A stretch of 64,000 bases of DNA from a virus (IMGVR_UViG_3300009537_000004:7125-71124), one strand, 5' to 3'; shown: positions 55,442 through 63,469, counted from the first letter of the stretch. The notes: generated by a model from the sequence alone, not told the origin. Program-made: numbers and translations.

Positions 55442-55617
55442 GGAAAATAGTTCAGACTCGTTCGGCCGGAAAAGTGGATGGACGTAAGCTAGATTTGTTC
55501 ACGGCTGGGGCGATACTAGCGGTTTTGGATGGATTGAAAAACCCATATAACAGAGAAAAGTATCTTAGGATGCCTGTTCAACAAATGGCAACGGTTGCCT
55601 TCAAATTGGTACATTAA
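55417..55617 (+). CDS. -1-frame extension of 54044..55441 (66 codons)
   Basis: Frame opens at C_CCT_TTC, encodes PFRKEAELRKIVQTRSAGKVDGRKLDLFTAGAILAVLD...AFKLVH, and stops in TAATG coupled to the next gene. Confidence 0.6.
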   Translation, partial: PFRKEAELRKIVQTRSAGKVDGRKLDLFTAGAILAVLDGLKNPYNREKYLRMPVQQMATVAFKLVH

Positions 55618-55964
55618 TGAATGTAAAGAAAAAAGTCAACGGAGCAATAAACGGAACTTTGGATAAAGTTTACAAACTGATTGACAAGGCTCCGACAACA
55701 AATTTGCGTATCATCGTCACTCTTTTACTTGTCATCGGCACCGCTATAAGATATTGGGCTGCGGGCGGCGGCCCGACCGCATGGTCTCCTGATTGGGATT
55801 GGTTGATGTTCTTGGCAGCAATGTCAGGGCTAGATGTTGTCCAGCACTGGGCAAAACGCAAAACAGCATGGAGTCCAACAGAGCAAGCTAATGCAGCCGT
55901 CATCCGTAACGGCCACGAAGAAGTAGAATCAACAATTAGTGCGGGAGAAGAGGAGGTCGGTTAA
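55617..55964 (+). CDS. Small membrane protein (holin-like candidate)
   Basis: Hydrophobic segments 'IIVTLLLVIGTAI' and 'WLMFLAAMSGL'. Confidence 0.55.
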   Translation: MNVKKKVNGAINGTLDKVYKLIDKAPTTNLRIIVTLLLVIGTAIRYWAAGGGPTAWSPDWDWLMFLAAMSGLDVVQHWAKRKTAWSPTEQANAAVIRNGHEEVESTISAGEEEVG

Positions 55965-56407
55965 TGTTAGAATTACTTCAAGTAGCGCCAATTCAAGGGG
56001 TTGAAATTCCCGTTTGGATAGCTTCCATGTCAGCATCAGCACTCATGCTTCTCAAAGGAGCATTGTGGGTGAGGGGAGCAAAAAACGGAAGCAACGGAAG
56101 CAGTAGAATAGCTGCAGAAGCTCAAGGTGAGTTCAGAGGAACCGTTAAAACTCTTATTTCTAATCAGTTTGAATTGCTGCAGCAGATGCATGAGTCAATG
56201 GAAGCTGATAGAAAGATGTGGAGTCCAACAATTCAAGAGTTGCTGCAAAATCAGAAAAAAACTGCAGAAATGTTGATGGTGCATGATAAGCAAGAGCGCA
56301 AGGTTTGGCAGCAAATGATTAAAGAGATTCAGGTGTTTCAAAAGGATTCTCAAGCGGCATGGGTTGTTTGTCACGATAAATTGGATAAACTAACAGATAA
56401 TAAGTAA
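55964..56407 (+). CDS. Membrane-anchored coiled-coil protein
   Basis: N-terminal hydrophobic helix followed by a coiled coil; GAGGAGG RBS. Confidence 0.6.
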   Translation: MLELLQVAPIQGVEIPVWIASMSASALMLLKGALWVRGAKNGSNGSSRIAAEAQGEFRGTVKTLISNQFELLQQMHESMEADRKMWSPTIQELLQNQKKTAEMLMVHDKQERKVWQQMIKEIQVFQKDSQAAWVVCHDKLDKLTDNK

Positions 56408-56419
56408 AGGAAAGGTCAT

Positions 56420-56668
56420 ATGTATATTGAGGTAAAAGGTTCCGATGATGCAGCATTTCAACGAGCGGTGTCTGAATTCAAGCGCCGCGTCAAGAAGGCA
56501 GGCATATTTGAAGACCTTAAAAAGCATGAGTATCATGTTAAGCCGTCGCTTCGTAAGAAATTGAAACGGCTTGACGCACTAAAAAGAAAACGGAGAGAAG
56601 AGAATGAGGCCATACGAAGAGCAAAAAATCCGCGAAATGATCCGCGAGGAAGTGAAACGGGTTCTTAG
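56420..56668 (+). CDS. rpsU: Phage-encoded ribosomal protein bS21
   Basis: 'I.VK.....F.RA...FKR.VKKAGI..DLKKHEY..KPS..KK.KR..A.KRKRR' is the bS21 pattern. Confidence 0.8.
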   Translation: MYIEVKGSDDAAFQRAVSEFKRRVKKAGIFEDLKKHEYHVKPSLRKKLKRLDALKRKRREENEAIRRAKNPRNDPRGSETGS

Positions 56669-56837
56669 AGAAGGCGGAATTACACTTAAAGAAGGCCGTG
56701 GAAAAAAGGGAAGCAGAGTTCGCACTCCTCATGGAACAGGAGTTATCCTGAATACTAATGGTGAGCAAGCTCGCGTCCAATTGGACAGCGGAGCAGTCAT
56801 AAAAGTTCATAGGGACAGAGCAACTGTCATTGGATAA
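56604..56837 (+). CDS. Small SH3/KOW-like protein with 'KIREMIREEV.RVLRE' leader
   Basis: 'G.RV.TPHG.G.IL...G..A.V.LD.G..IKV'; overlaps the bS21 tail by 65 nt. Confidence 0.6.
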   Translation: MRPYEEQKIREMIREEVKRVLREGGITLKEGRGKKGSRVRTPHGTGVILNTNGEQARVQLDSGAVIKVHRDRATVIG

Positions 56838-56910
56838 GGTTAACTACCTCCTTTTCTTGTGGTTGCGACTGCTTTTTGATAAAAATTGAATGTTTTCACT
56901 TGATCCACAC

Positions 56911-56917
56911 TATTTAT
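56911..56917 (+). promoter_or_regulatory. TAYTTAT candidate late promoter for scaffold/MCP
   Basis: ACTATTTAT in the intergenic gap before 57019. Confidence 0.6.
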
Positions 56918-57018
56918 GCGTAGTAAATACATCTTATGTAAGATGTTATGCTTAGCATTTTTACAACAACACTATATTAGGGACTTCTCAATAGTCTCTT
57001 AACCCTTTGAGGAAAGAT

Positions 57019-58383
57019 ATGGCAAAGAGAAAGAGCACAAATCCTCTTTTGCGTGAAGCTATTGCTGACGCCAAGGCAGTCCGTGAGACTGCTCTCGCTA
57101 ATGCAAAGGCTGCGCTGGAAGAGGCATTCACGCCGCATCTGACTTCCATGCTTTCGGCACGCCTCCGCGAAGAGGATGATTATGGCGAAGTGGAAGAAAT
57201 AAATGACCCAGTTCCAGCAGCTGATGGTCATGGTTCAGATGAAGGTGGAGAGACTGACGTAGACGCAGTAGAGAAGTCTTCGTTTACAGAAGCAGCAGTT
57301 GATGTAGACGCTGGAGTTCAGGACGATTCTAAACTTGATTCGTCAGACATTGCAACTGGTCCTCAGAACAAATTCGGCGACACGCCATCTAAGGAGCCAG
57401 CAGCAAGCACCAAGTCCAGTTCAGACATTGATAACGAGGATAAGCTCGGAATGAATGAAGCTGACGAGTTTGGATTTGATGATGAAGAAGATGGTGAGGA
57501 AGATGTTCTGTCCGCCGCTGATGAATTTCCTGGCGACGACGACGCAGTAGACCTAGGCGACGAAGAAGAGCCAGTAGATCTCGAAGGTGAAGGTGATATG
57601 GATTTTGGTGGTGATGAAGAAGAAGATGACCTTGACCTGGAAGCAATAATTCGTGAGCTTGAAGCTGATATGGTTGACGACGAGGAAGGTGAAGAATTCG
57701 AAGCACCTGTCGGCGAAGCAGAAGACGAATTTGGTATTGAAGATGATGACGAAGAGGTGGTAGGCGAAGCCGATCTTCCTTCAGCCGCTGACGGACACGG
57801 AAGCGATGAAGGTGGTGAGACTGATGCAGACGCCATCGAAAAGTCAACCTTCACACAGGGAACGGAATCCCAGACGGGTCCAATCTCTGAGCAGGAAGAG
57901 GACGACGATGAAGTCGATCTCGAAGAAATCCTCCGCGAAATCGAAGATGAAGAGAACGCAGAAGAACTCGAAACTGAGAATGCGGGGCTAAAGTCGGAGC
58001 TGAAAGAGTACCGGGACGCTGTAAGATTCCTGCGTAGTAAGCTCAATGAGGTTAATCTCCTCAATGCAAAACTGCTCTATACAAACAAGTTGTTCAAGAA
58101 CTACAATATGGATGGCCGTCAAAAGCTTCGTGTTGTAGAGAACTTCGATAGAGCAACAACTGTCCGCGAAGCGAAGCTTGTTTTCGCAACGCTCGCGGAA
58201 GCCTTCAAGGGTAAGCCCGTAACGCGCAAGCGTTCAATTACCGAAGGCCTAGCTTCCAAGAGAACTGGTAGCACCAAGCCAACGCGACCGGTTGACGAGT
58301 CTTCTAGCGAAGATACTCCAACCATTCTTGCAGAAGGCACGCAACTGGCAGCTCGTTTGAAGAAGCTAGCAGGAATCAGATAA
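57019..58383 (+). CDS. Prohead scaffold/core protein (acidic)
   Basis: 'LLREAIADAKAVRETA.ANAK.ALEEAF', very acidic middle, 'L.EVNLLNAKLLY.NKLF', C-terminal 'RLKKLAGI'; immediately precedes the MCP. Confidence 0.85.
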   Translation: MAKRKSTNPLLREAIADAKAVRETALANAKAALEEAFTPHLTSMLSARLREEDDYGEVEEINDPVPAADGHGSDEGGETDVDAVEKSSFTEAAVDVDAGVQDDSKLDSSDIATGPQNKFGDTPSKEPAASTKSSSDIDNEDKLGMNEADEFGFDDEEDGEEDVLSAADEFPGDDDAVDLGDEEEPVDLEGEGDMDFGGDEEEDDLDLEAIIRELEADMVDDEEGEEFEAPVGEAEDEFGIEDDDEEVVGEADLPSAADGHGSDEGGETDADAIEKSTFTQGTESQTGPISEQEEDDDEVDLEEILREIEDEENAEELETENAGLKSELKEYRDAVRFLRSKLNEVNLLNAKLLYTNKLFKNYNMDGRQKLRVVENFDRATTVREAKLVFATLAEAFKGKPVTRKRSITEGLASKRTGSTKPTRPVDESSSEDTPTILAEGTQLAARLKKLAGIR

Positions 58384-58417
58384 GCAACCATTAACTTAAC
58401 AAACGGAGAAAACACAA

Positions 58418-60148
58418 ATGAGTGGTATTAATCTTCAAAAGTTGATGGCTGACGCAAGAACGCCTCAGGCGGCGCTCTTGGCACAGACCCGTGGCTTGGT
58501 ACGCAAGTGGGAACCAACCGGACTCCTAGAGGGTCTGGATCGCGAATCTTCGCGTCACGGCATGGCCGTTCTCCTAGAGAACCAGGCCCGTCAGCTCATT
58601 GACGAAAGCACGACCACTAACCCATCAACCGCTGGTGTCGCAATTGGCACCGCTGGTTCTGGTGAGCAGTGGGCGGGCGTGGCACTTCCGTTGGTGCGTA
58701 AGGTCTTTGGTGAGATCGCCGCAAAGGAATTCGTCAGCATTCAGCCGATGAACCTTCCTTCTGGACTGATCTTCTTCATGGACTTCAAGTACGGCACCGA
58801 CAAGCCTCCACGCAATGTTGGTGACTCAGTATTCGGTGCATCCGAACTGGGTTCATCGCAGCGTGACCAAGTTTTCGCAACCGCATCAGTCGTCCCAGCA
58901 GGCGGCCTATACGGCGACGGAAAGTGGGGTTATTCTATCAATGACCAAGAGCTTTTGGTTCTTGGAATAGCTGGTTCCGGTTCTCTAGCAGCAACTGGTT
59001 CAGCACCTTTTGGTGGCTACCTAACTTCAGGAACGGTCAATTTCAACGAAACCATTACTGGTCTTTCCGGATGGACTAACACCTACGGAGTTTATCAGGT
59101 TTCGATGAGCGCTCTAACGCGCCCAGACCTCGAAGGCATTCGTGCTTTCGTTCCTGGAACTGGTTCTGTTGCAGCAGGAACATTCGTAGAACTCACTGGC
59201 TACTTGCCTGAGTATACGCATGTCAGCTCTTCTGGTGGAGTTGACTGGCTGTCATTCGTCGCTCTTCGTGGCTCTCAACTACTTTCGAGCGTCGTTTATC
59301 ACCGTCAGCCAACCGACTCAACTCGTGGCGACTTCGAGGACTCTCGTTCCGAAATCGTTGATGCAACCGCAACTGCACAGGCCTCTCTCGGTATTCCTGA
59401 GATTGACCTTGAGTTGAAGAGCATTCCAATCGTAGCAAAGACCCGTAAGTTGAAGGCTGTTTGGACGCCTGAGCTTGCACAGGATCTTAACGCTTACCAC
59501 AGCATTGACGCTGAGGCTGAGCTAACGGCAATGTTGAGTGAGTATATCTCGCTTGAGATTGACCTTGAGATTCTGGACATGCTTATCATCAACGCCCAGA
59601 CGACCGATTATTGGTCAACGCAGATTGGACGTGTTTGGAGCTCAGTCGCGGCCAACTTCGTTGACGATCCAAACCTTGCAGGACAGGCTTGGACGAACCA
59701 GACTTGGTTTGAGACTTTTGGACAGAAGCTCCAGAAGGTCAGCAACAAGATTCACCAGCTCACCCTTCGTGGTGGTGCTAACTTTGTCGTCTGCTCACCT
59801 GACGTAGCAACGATTCTTGAGACCATCCCTGGTTTCACCGTTGAGACTGACGGCGACAAGATGAAGTTTGCAGCTGGCGTAACTCAAATCGGTGCGTTCC
59901 AAAACAGATACACCGTCTACAAGAACCCTTACATGCTGACGAACGTCGTGCTGTTGGGTTACAAGGGAGCTAACTTCCTTGAGACCGGTGCTGTTTACGC
60001 TCCATATGTTCCACTGGTCATGACGCCATTAGTGTACGATCCTGACAACTTCACGCCAAGACGTGGTGTTCTCACTCGTTACGCTAAGAAGATCGTCCGA
60101 CCTGAATTCTACGGTAAGATTATCGTTGAAGGTCTAACCCGACTATAA
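58418..60148 (+). CDS. gp23: Major capsid protein (T4 gp23-like)
   Basis: 'LLENQ', 'QPMNLPSGL.F', 'AKTRKLKA.WTPELAQDL.AYH.IDAEAEL', 'YAPY.PL', 'TRYA'. Confidence 0.96.
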   Translation: MSGINLQKLMADARTPQAALLAQTRGLVRKWEPTGLLEGLDRESSRHGMAVLLENQARQLIDESTTTNPSTAGVAIGTAGSGEQWAGVALPLVRKVFGEIAAKEFVSIQPMNLPSGLIFFMDFKYGTDKPPRNVGDSVFGASELGSSQRDQVFATASVVPAGGLYGDGKWGYSINDQELLVLGIAGSGSLAATGSAPFGGYLTSGTVNFNETITGLSGWTNTYGVYQVSMSALTRPDLEGIRAFVPGTGSVAAGTFVELTGYLPEYTHVSSSGGVDWLSFVALRGSQLLSSVVYHRQPTDSTRGDFEDSRSEIVDATATAQASLGIPEIDLELKSIPIVAKTRKLKAVWTPELAQDLNAYHSIDAEAELTAMLSEYISLEIDLEILDMLIINAQTTDYWSTQIGRVWSSVAANFVDDPNLAGQAWTNQTWFETFGQKLQKVSNKIHQLTLRGGANFVVCSPDVATILETIPGFTVETDGDKMKFAAGVTQIGAFQNRYTVYKNPYMLTNVVLLGYKGANFLETGAVYAPYVPLVMTPLVYDPDNFTPRRGVLTRYAKKIVRPEFYGKIIVEGLTRL

Positions 60149-60171
60149 TCTGAAGTAAATTCAATCTAACT

Positions 60172-60198
60172 TGGGGAGTTCTTTGAGCTCCCCATTTT
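60172..60198 (+). terminator. Intrinsic terminator after the MCP gene
   Basis: TGGGGAGTTC-TTT-GAGCTCCCCA followed by TTTT. Confidence 0.8.
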
Positions 60199-60224
60199 AG
60201 TGCCTTTCTGATATTCATACATAC

Positions 60225-60231
60225 TACTTAT
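60225..60231 (+). promoter_or_regulatory. TAYTTAT candidate late promoter
   Basis: ACTACTTATA 38 nt before ATG60270. Confidence 0.6.
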
Positions 60232-60269
60232 ATATAAAGGGGGTCATTACAAATATAGAAAGGATATAA

Positions 60270-60956
60270 ATGTATATTTACGAAGTCCGTAACAAGGTTG
60301 ATGGAAAGCACTACATCGGTCAAACATCAAAGGAAGACCCAAAGAAACGATGGAATGAGCATCGCTGCTATCTAAGAAAAGGCAAGCACAGGAATAAACA
60401 CCTTCAACACGCTTGGAACAAGCATGGAGAACAAAACTTTGAGTTCAATATATTGAAGGAATACTCCTCTCTCAGTAAATTGAACAAAGCTGAGAGAAAG
60501 ATTGTCAAAGAAAGGGGTGACTATAATATTGAACCGGGCGGAGGAGTATATCCCATATCACAAGAGACTCGCATTAAAATTTCCAGAGCCAAACGGAAAA
60601 AGCCGTACCCGAAAGTAGTAGGGCCAGATGGAAAGCTGCATAAAATCGAACCTCCGCTAGAAGAGTTTTGTAGAAAACATGGAGTATGGTCGTCAAGTTT
60701 TAGAGCAATGCTAGCGGGCCGAATCAATTATGCTAATGGATGGCACCTTCCTCATATTAAGATAGACATGAGCGAAGCAAAGTCATTAGCTCAAACAAGA
60801 ACCTGGAAATCAAATATGGTTATCGGACCAGACGGGAAAGAATATAAGGTTACGAATCGCAGAAAGTTTATTAGAGATCACAATCTTAATGTTCGTCACT
60901 TTACAAAAGTTCTTCAAGGAAAATATCAGCAACACAAAGGTTGGCATCTCAAGTAA
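60270..60956 (+). mobile_element. Free-standing GIY-YIG homing endonuclease
   Basis: 'YIY...N...GKHYIGQT...RW..H...H.N..LQ.AWNK.G..NFEF'; two C-terminal 'GPDGK...F.R.H.......GW' repeats. Confidence 0.82.
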
Positions 60957-60982
60957 TTAATGGTGGATTTAACATTGTGCTT

Positions 60983-61005
60983 TACTTATAGAATTCACTA
61001 CTTAT
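60983..61005 (+). promoter_or_regulatory. Tandem TAYTTAT candidate late promoters
   Basis: TACTTATAG occurs twice, 16 nt apart; the second is 34 nt before ATG61040. Confidence 0.65.
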
Positions 61006-61039
61006 AGCCAGAGATTTATTTTATCTTGAGGAAACCTAC

Positions 61040-61693
61040 ATGACATTTCTATCGGGATCATTTGTTCGCACGATTGTATTGACCGAAGGAACCGCAGTAT
61101 ATTCAGCCTCTGCTGGTTCTACAGGACTCTACATCCAATGTGTTGGTGGCGGTGGTGGTGGTGGCAACAGCAACGCAACCAAACCATCGGCTGGTGGGGG
61201 TGGGGGTGGTGGAGCCTACACCGAATTTTTCTATGATATAACGGAAACAGGTGACAGCTTAGCGTATGCGGTCAACGTTGGAGCAGGTGGTGCTGCAGGA
61301 GCAGCTGGAGGGATCACCTGGATCTCCGCATCGTCTGATGCACTGATTTGCGCAGCAAGTGGAGGAGCAGCAGGAGGCACGGCACCAGCGGCCGGCGCAG
61401 CAGCCGGCGGAGCCGGTGGCACGGTCACAGGCGTAGCTGGTGAGGTCTCTGGCACGCTCGTCATCCCTGGTGGTCCTGGATCGGCTGGTTTTGTTGCAGA
61501 GTGGGGTGCACCACAGCGCAACACGATCAGACGCGGCGGCTTCACGCAAATCGCCGGACGCGGCGGTTCGTCAGCAGGATCGGTCGGTGGCACCTACGGC
61601 GCCGGCGGAACCGGCGGCGTTAATGGCTACAATGGTGGAGCAGGAAATGCTGGTTTCCTTCGCATTGCTGAATATTCCAGTGGTAGCGTATAA
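61040..61693 (+). CDS. Glycine-rich virion protein
   Basis: 'CVGGGGGGG...GGGGGGGAY', 'G.G..G...I.EY' glycine-rich domain pattern. Confidence 0.7.
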   Translation: MTFLSGSFVRTIVLTEGTAVYSASAGSTGLYIQCVGGGGGGGNSNATKPSAGGGGGGGAYTEFFYDITETGDSLAYAVNVGAGGAAGAAGGITWISASSDALICAASGGAAGGTAPAAGAAAGGAGGTVTGVAGEVSGTLVIPGGPGSAGFVAEWGAPQRNTIRRGGFTQIAGRGGSSAGSVGGTYGAGGTGGVNGYNGGAGNAGFLRIAEYSSGSV

Positions 61694-61716
61694 CCTATCT
61701 TGAGATAGACAAGTAG

Positions 61717-61744
61717 AGGGAGTCCCACAGGGCTCCCTTTCTTG
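61717..61744 (+). terminator. Intrinsic terminator
   Basis: AGGGAGTCC-CACA-GGGCTCCCT followed by TTCTTG. Confidence 0.75.
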
Positions 61745-61773
61745 TGCTTTCTACTTTCTTATTATCACTCAAC

Positions 61774-61780
61774 TACTTAT
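61774..61780 (+). promoter_or_regulatory. TAYTTAT candidate late promoter
   Basis: AACTACTTATA after a terminator, 33 nt before ATG61814. Confidence 0.65.
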
Positions 61781-61813
61781 AAAGTAGTGGAATACTATGC
61801 GCGGGAGACTTTA

Positions 61814-62041
61814 ATGCGCCCAAATAAAGCTACACCCGAAGATAAGAGAGAGGGGATAGTTTACAGATACCCGGTGACAGCAAAGGCTGATATGGTCGTT
61901 AGAAAATCAGGAGATTGGTATGCCAATGGGGTAATGGATAAAAATGGTAAATGGGTTCCTCACACTAACATGACTCACAATAATTTGCGTGACGCCCTTC
62001 ATTGGGCCGATTGGCAAATGAACAAAATGAGGGTCAAGTAG
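61814..62041 (+). CDS. Small hypothetical protein
   Basis: ORF 61742..62041; likely ATG61814 after GGGAG; TACTTAT 33 nt upstream. Confidence 0.6.
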   Translation: MRPNKATPEDKREGIVYRYPVTAKADMVVRKSGDWYANGVMDKNGKWVPHTNMTHNNLRDALHWADWQMNKMRVK

Positions 62042-62042
62042 A

Positions 62043-63251
62043 ATGTCTCAGCAAATTTTATGGCCTGGCTCAGGGTCAACCCCTGTAGGGAAGACGCCGT
62101 TCGCTCTTTATGATAGTGACGCGGATTTTGTAGCGACCGCACCAAAGGTTGCAGATTGGTGCGCTCGCCGATTGGGCTATCCTACGATGGATGTAGAGAT
62201 GTATGATGCTCAATTCTATTCCTGTTTTGAGGAAGCAATTACAGAATACGGTCACCAAGTCAATCAGTTCAACATTCGTGAGAACATCTTCAATCTACAA
62301 GGCCGTTCCAAAGATACTAACCTTACTGGTGTCAACATTGAGACAACTGCACTACCATTCTTGACCGTGTTGGCCGAAGACTACGGCACAGAGGTCGGAG
62401 CTGGTGGAAAAATTGATTGGAAGACTGGCTACATTGACATTGAGGAAGGAACGCAGGTGTATGACTTGCAGGAGCTCTTCGGCGACGTGTCTGAGAGCGG
62501 CAACCGCATTGAAGTCCGACGCATCTTCCATCACCGCACTCCCGCCGTCAACCGCTCCTACTACTTCGGAGACTACTATGGAGCCAATGGCTTCCTAGCT
62601 TCATTTGGCTGGGGAGCAGGCTCTGGGTTCGGAGTGGGAGGATTTCCAGGTGGCTATGGTGGCTATGGAACCTTTGGATATCCTGGCTATTCGTATGTTC
62701 TATATCCTGTGTTTGACACGGTGCTGAGAACGCAAGCGGTACAATTTGGAGATACTGTATTCAAGAGTGCATACTCGTTTGAAATTGTCAATAACAAGTT
62801 GCGGCTGTTTCCAAGACCCACCACAAACTTTCTCCTGTGGTTTGAGTATACAGTTCGTGAGGAACGATTGGGCGGTGTTGATGATGGAGCAAGTTTTACA
62901 ACTGATGTAATCTCAGATTATCACAATGTTCCATATGACAATGTGGTATATAAGGATGTAAATGATGTTGGAAAGAGATGGATTTGGGAATACACATTAG
63001 CATGTTCTAAAGAAATCCTGGGGCATATTCGTTCCAAATATCAAACCGTTCCAATTCCGAACGCCGAAGTCACGCTTGATGGCCCTGCTTTGTTGGATGA
63101 AGCAAAGGCAGAAAAAGACAGACTATTGACGCAATTGCGCGAGACCTTGGATGAATCAGGAACAGCAAAACAAATGGATAAGCAACGAAATAATGCTCAG
63201 GCGATGAAGGAAATCTTCGCTAAAGTTCCGTTGTTTATTTATAGGGGATAA
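62043..63251 (+). CDS. Neck protein (T4 gp13-like)
   Basis: 'RRLGYP..DVE', 'W...YTLA..KE.LG.IRSKY..VPIP...VTL.G..L..EA..E'. Confidence 0.75.
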   Translation: MSQQILWPGSGSTPVGKTPFALYDSDADFVATAPKVADWCARRLGYPTMDVEMYDAQFYSCFEEAITEYGHQVNQFNIRENIFNLQGRSKDTNLTGVNIETTALPFLTVLAEDYGTEVGAGGKIDWKTGYIDIEEGTQVYDLQELFGDVSESGNRIEVRRIFHHRTPAVNRSYYFGDYYGANGFLASFGWGAGSGFGVGGFPGGYGGYGTFGYPGYSYVLYPVFDTVLRTQAVQFGDTVFKSAYSFEIVNNKLRLFPRPTTNFLLWFEYTVREERLGGVDDGASFTTDVISDYHNVPYDNVVYKDVNDVGKRWIWEYTLACSKEILGHIRSKYQTVPIPNAEVTLDGPALLDEAKAEKDRLLTQLRETLDESGTAKQMDKQRNNAQAMKEIFAKVPLFIYRG

Positions 63252-63253
63252 AC

Positions 63254-63469
63254 ATGAAACTAAATGAGTTGAAGGAAATAGTTCGTGGCGAAATCAATGA
63301 AGCTCTTACCAGAAAAGACTTCATTATGATGGCCCGCGAGATTCGCAAGGCAGCTCCACAACATCACGATGTTCTGACTCGCTTTGCTATCGTTCTTGGC
63401 AAGAATCAGAATCCACGGTTTGATGCACAGAGATTTAGGGACGCTGTAGAAACCGGCAAGGGGCTCTAA
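63254..63469 (+). CDS. Small 'TRKDF...NPRFD' protein with 'MKLNELKEIVRGEINE' leader
   Basis: Leader followed by a compact helical domain; lies between the two neck genes. Confidence 0.7.
   Translation: MKLNELKEIVRGEINEALTRKDFIMMAREIRKAAPQHHDVLTRFAIVLGKNQNPRFDAQRFRDAVETGKGL

Noticed and set aside
58441-58930. WWWW-poor stretches in the MCP, and short ones in TerL (~43655-43830), 36850-36990 and 62420-62600
   Set aside because: Only about 150-200 nt without WWWW and most still contain WWW; compatible with codon bias. They may be weak islands but I cannot support that by eye.
61260-61640. A fifth A/T-tract-free island
   Set aside because: GC-rich because of Gly/Ala codons, but it contains ATTT and TTTT runs and so fails the criterion.
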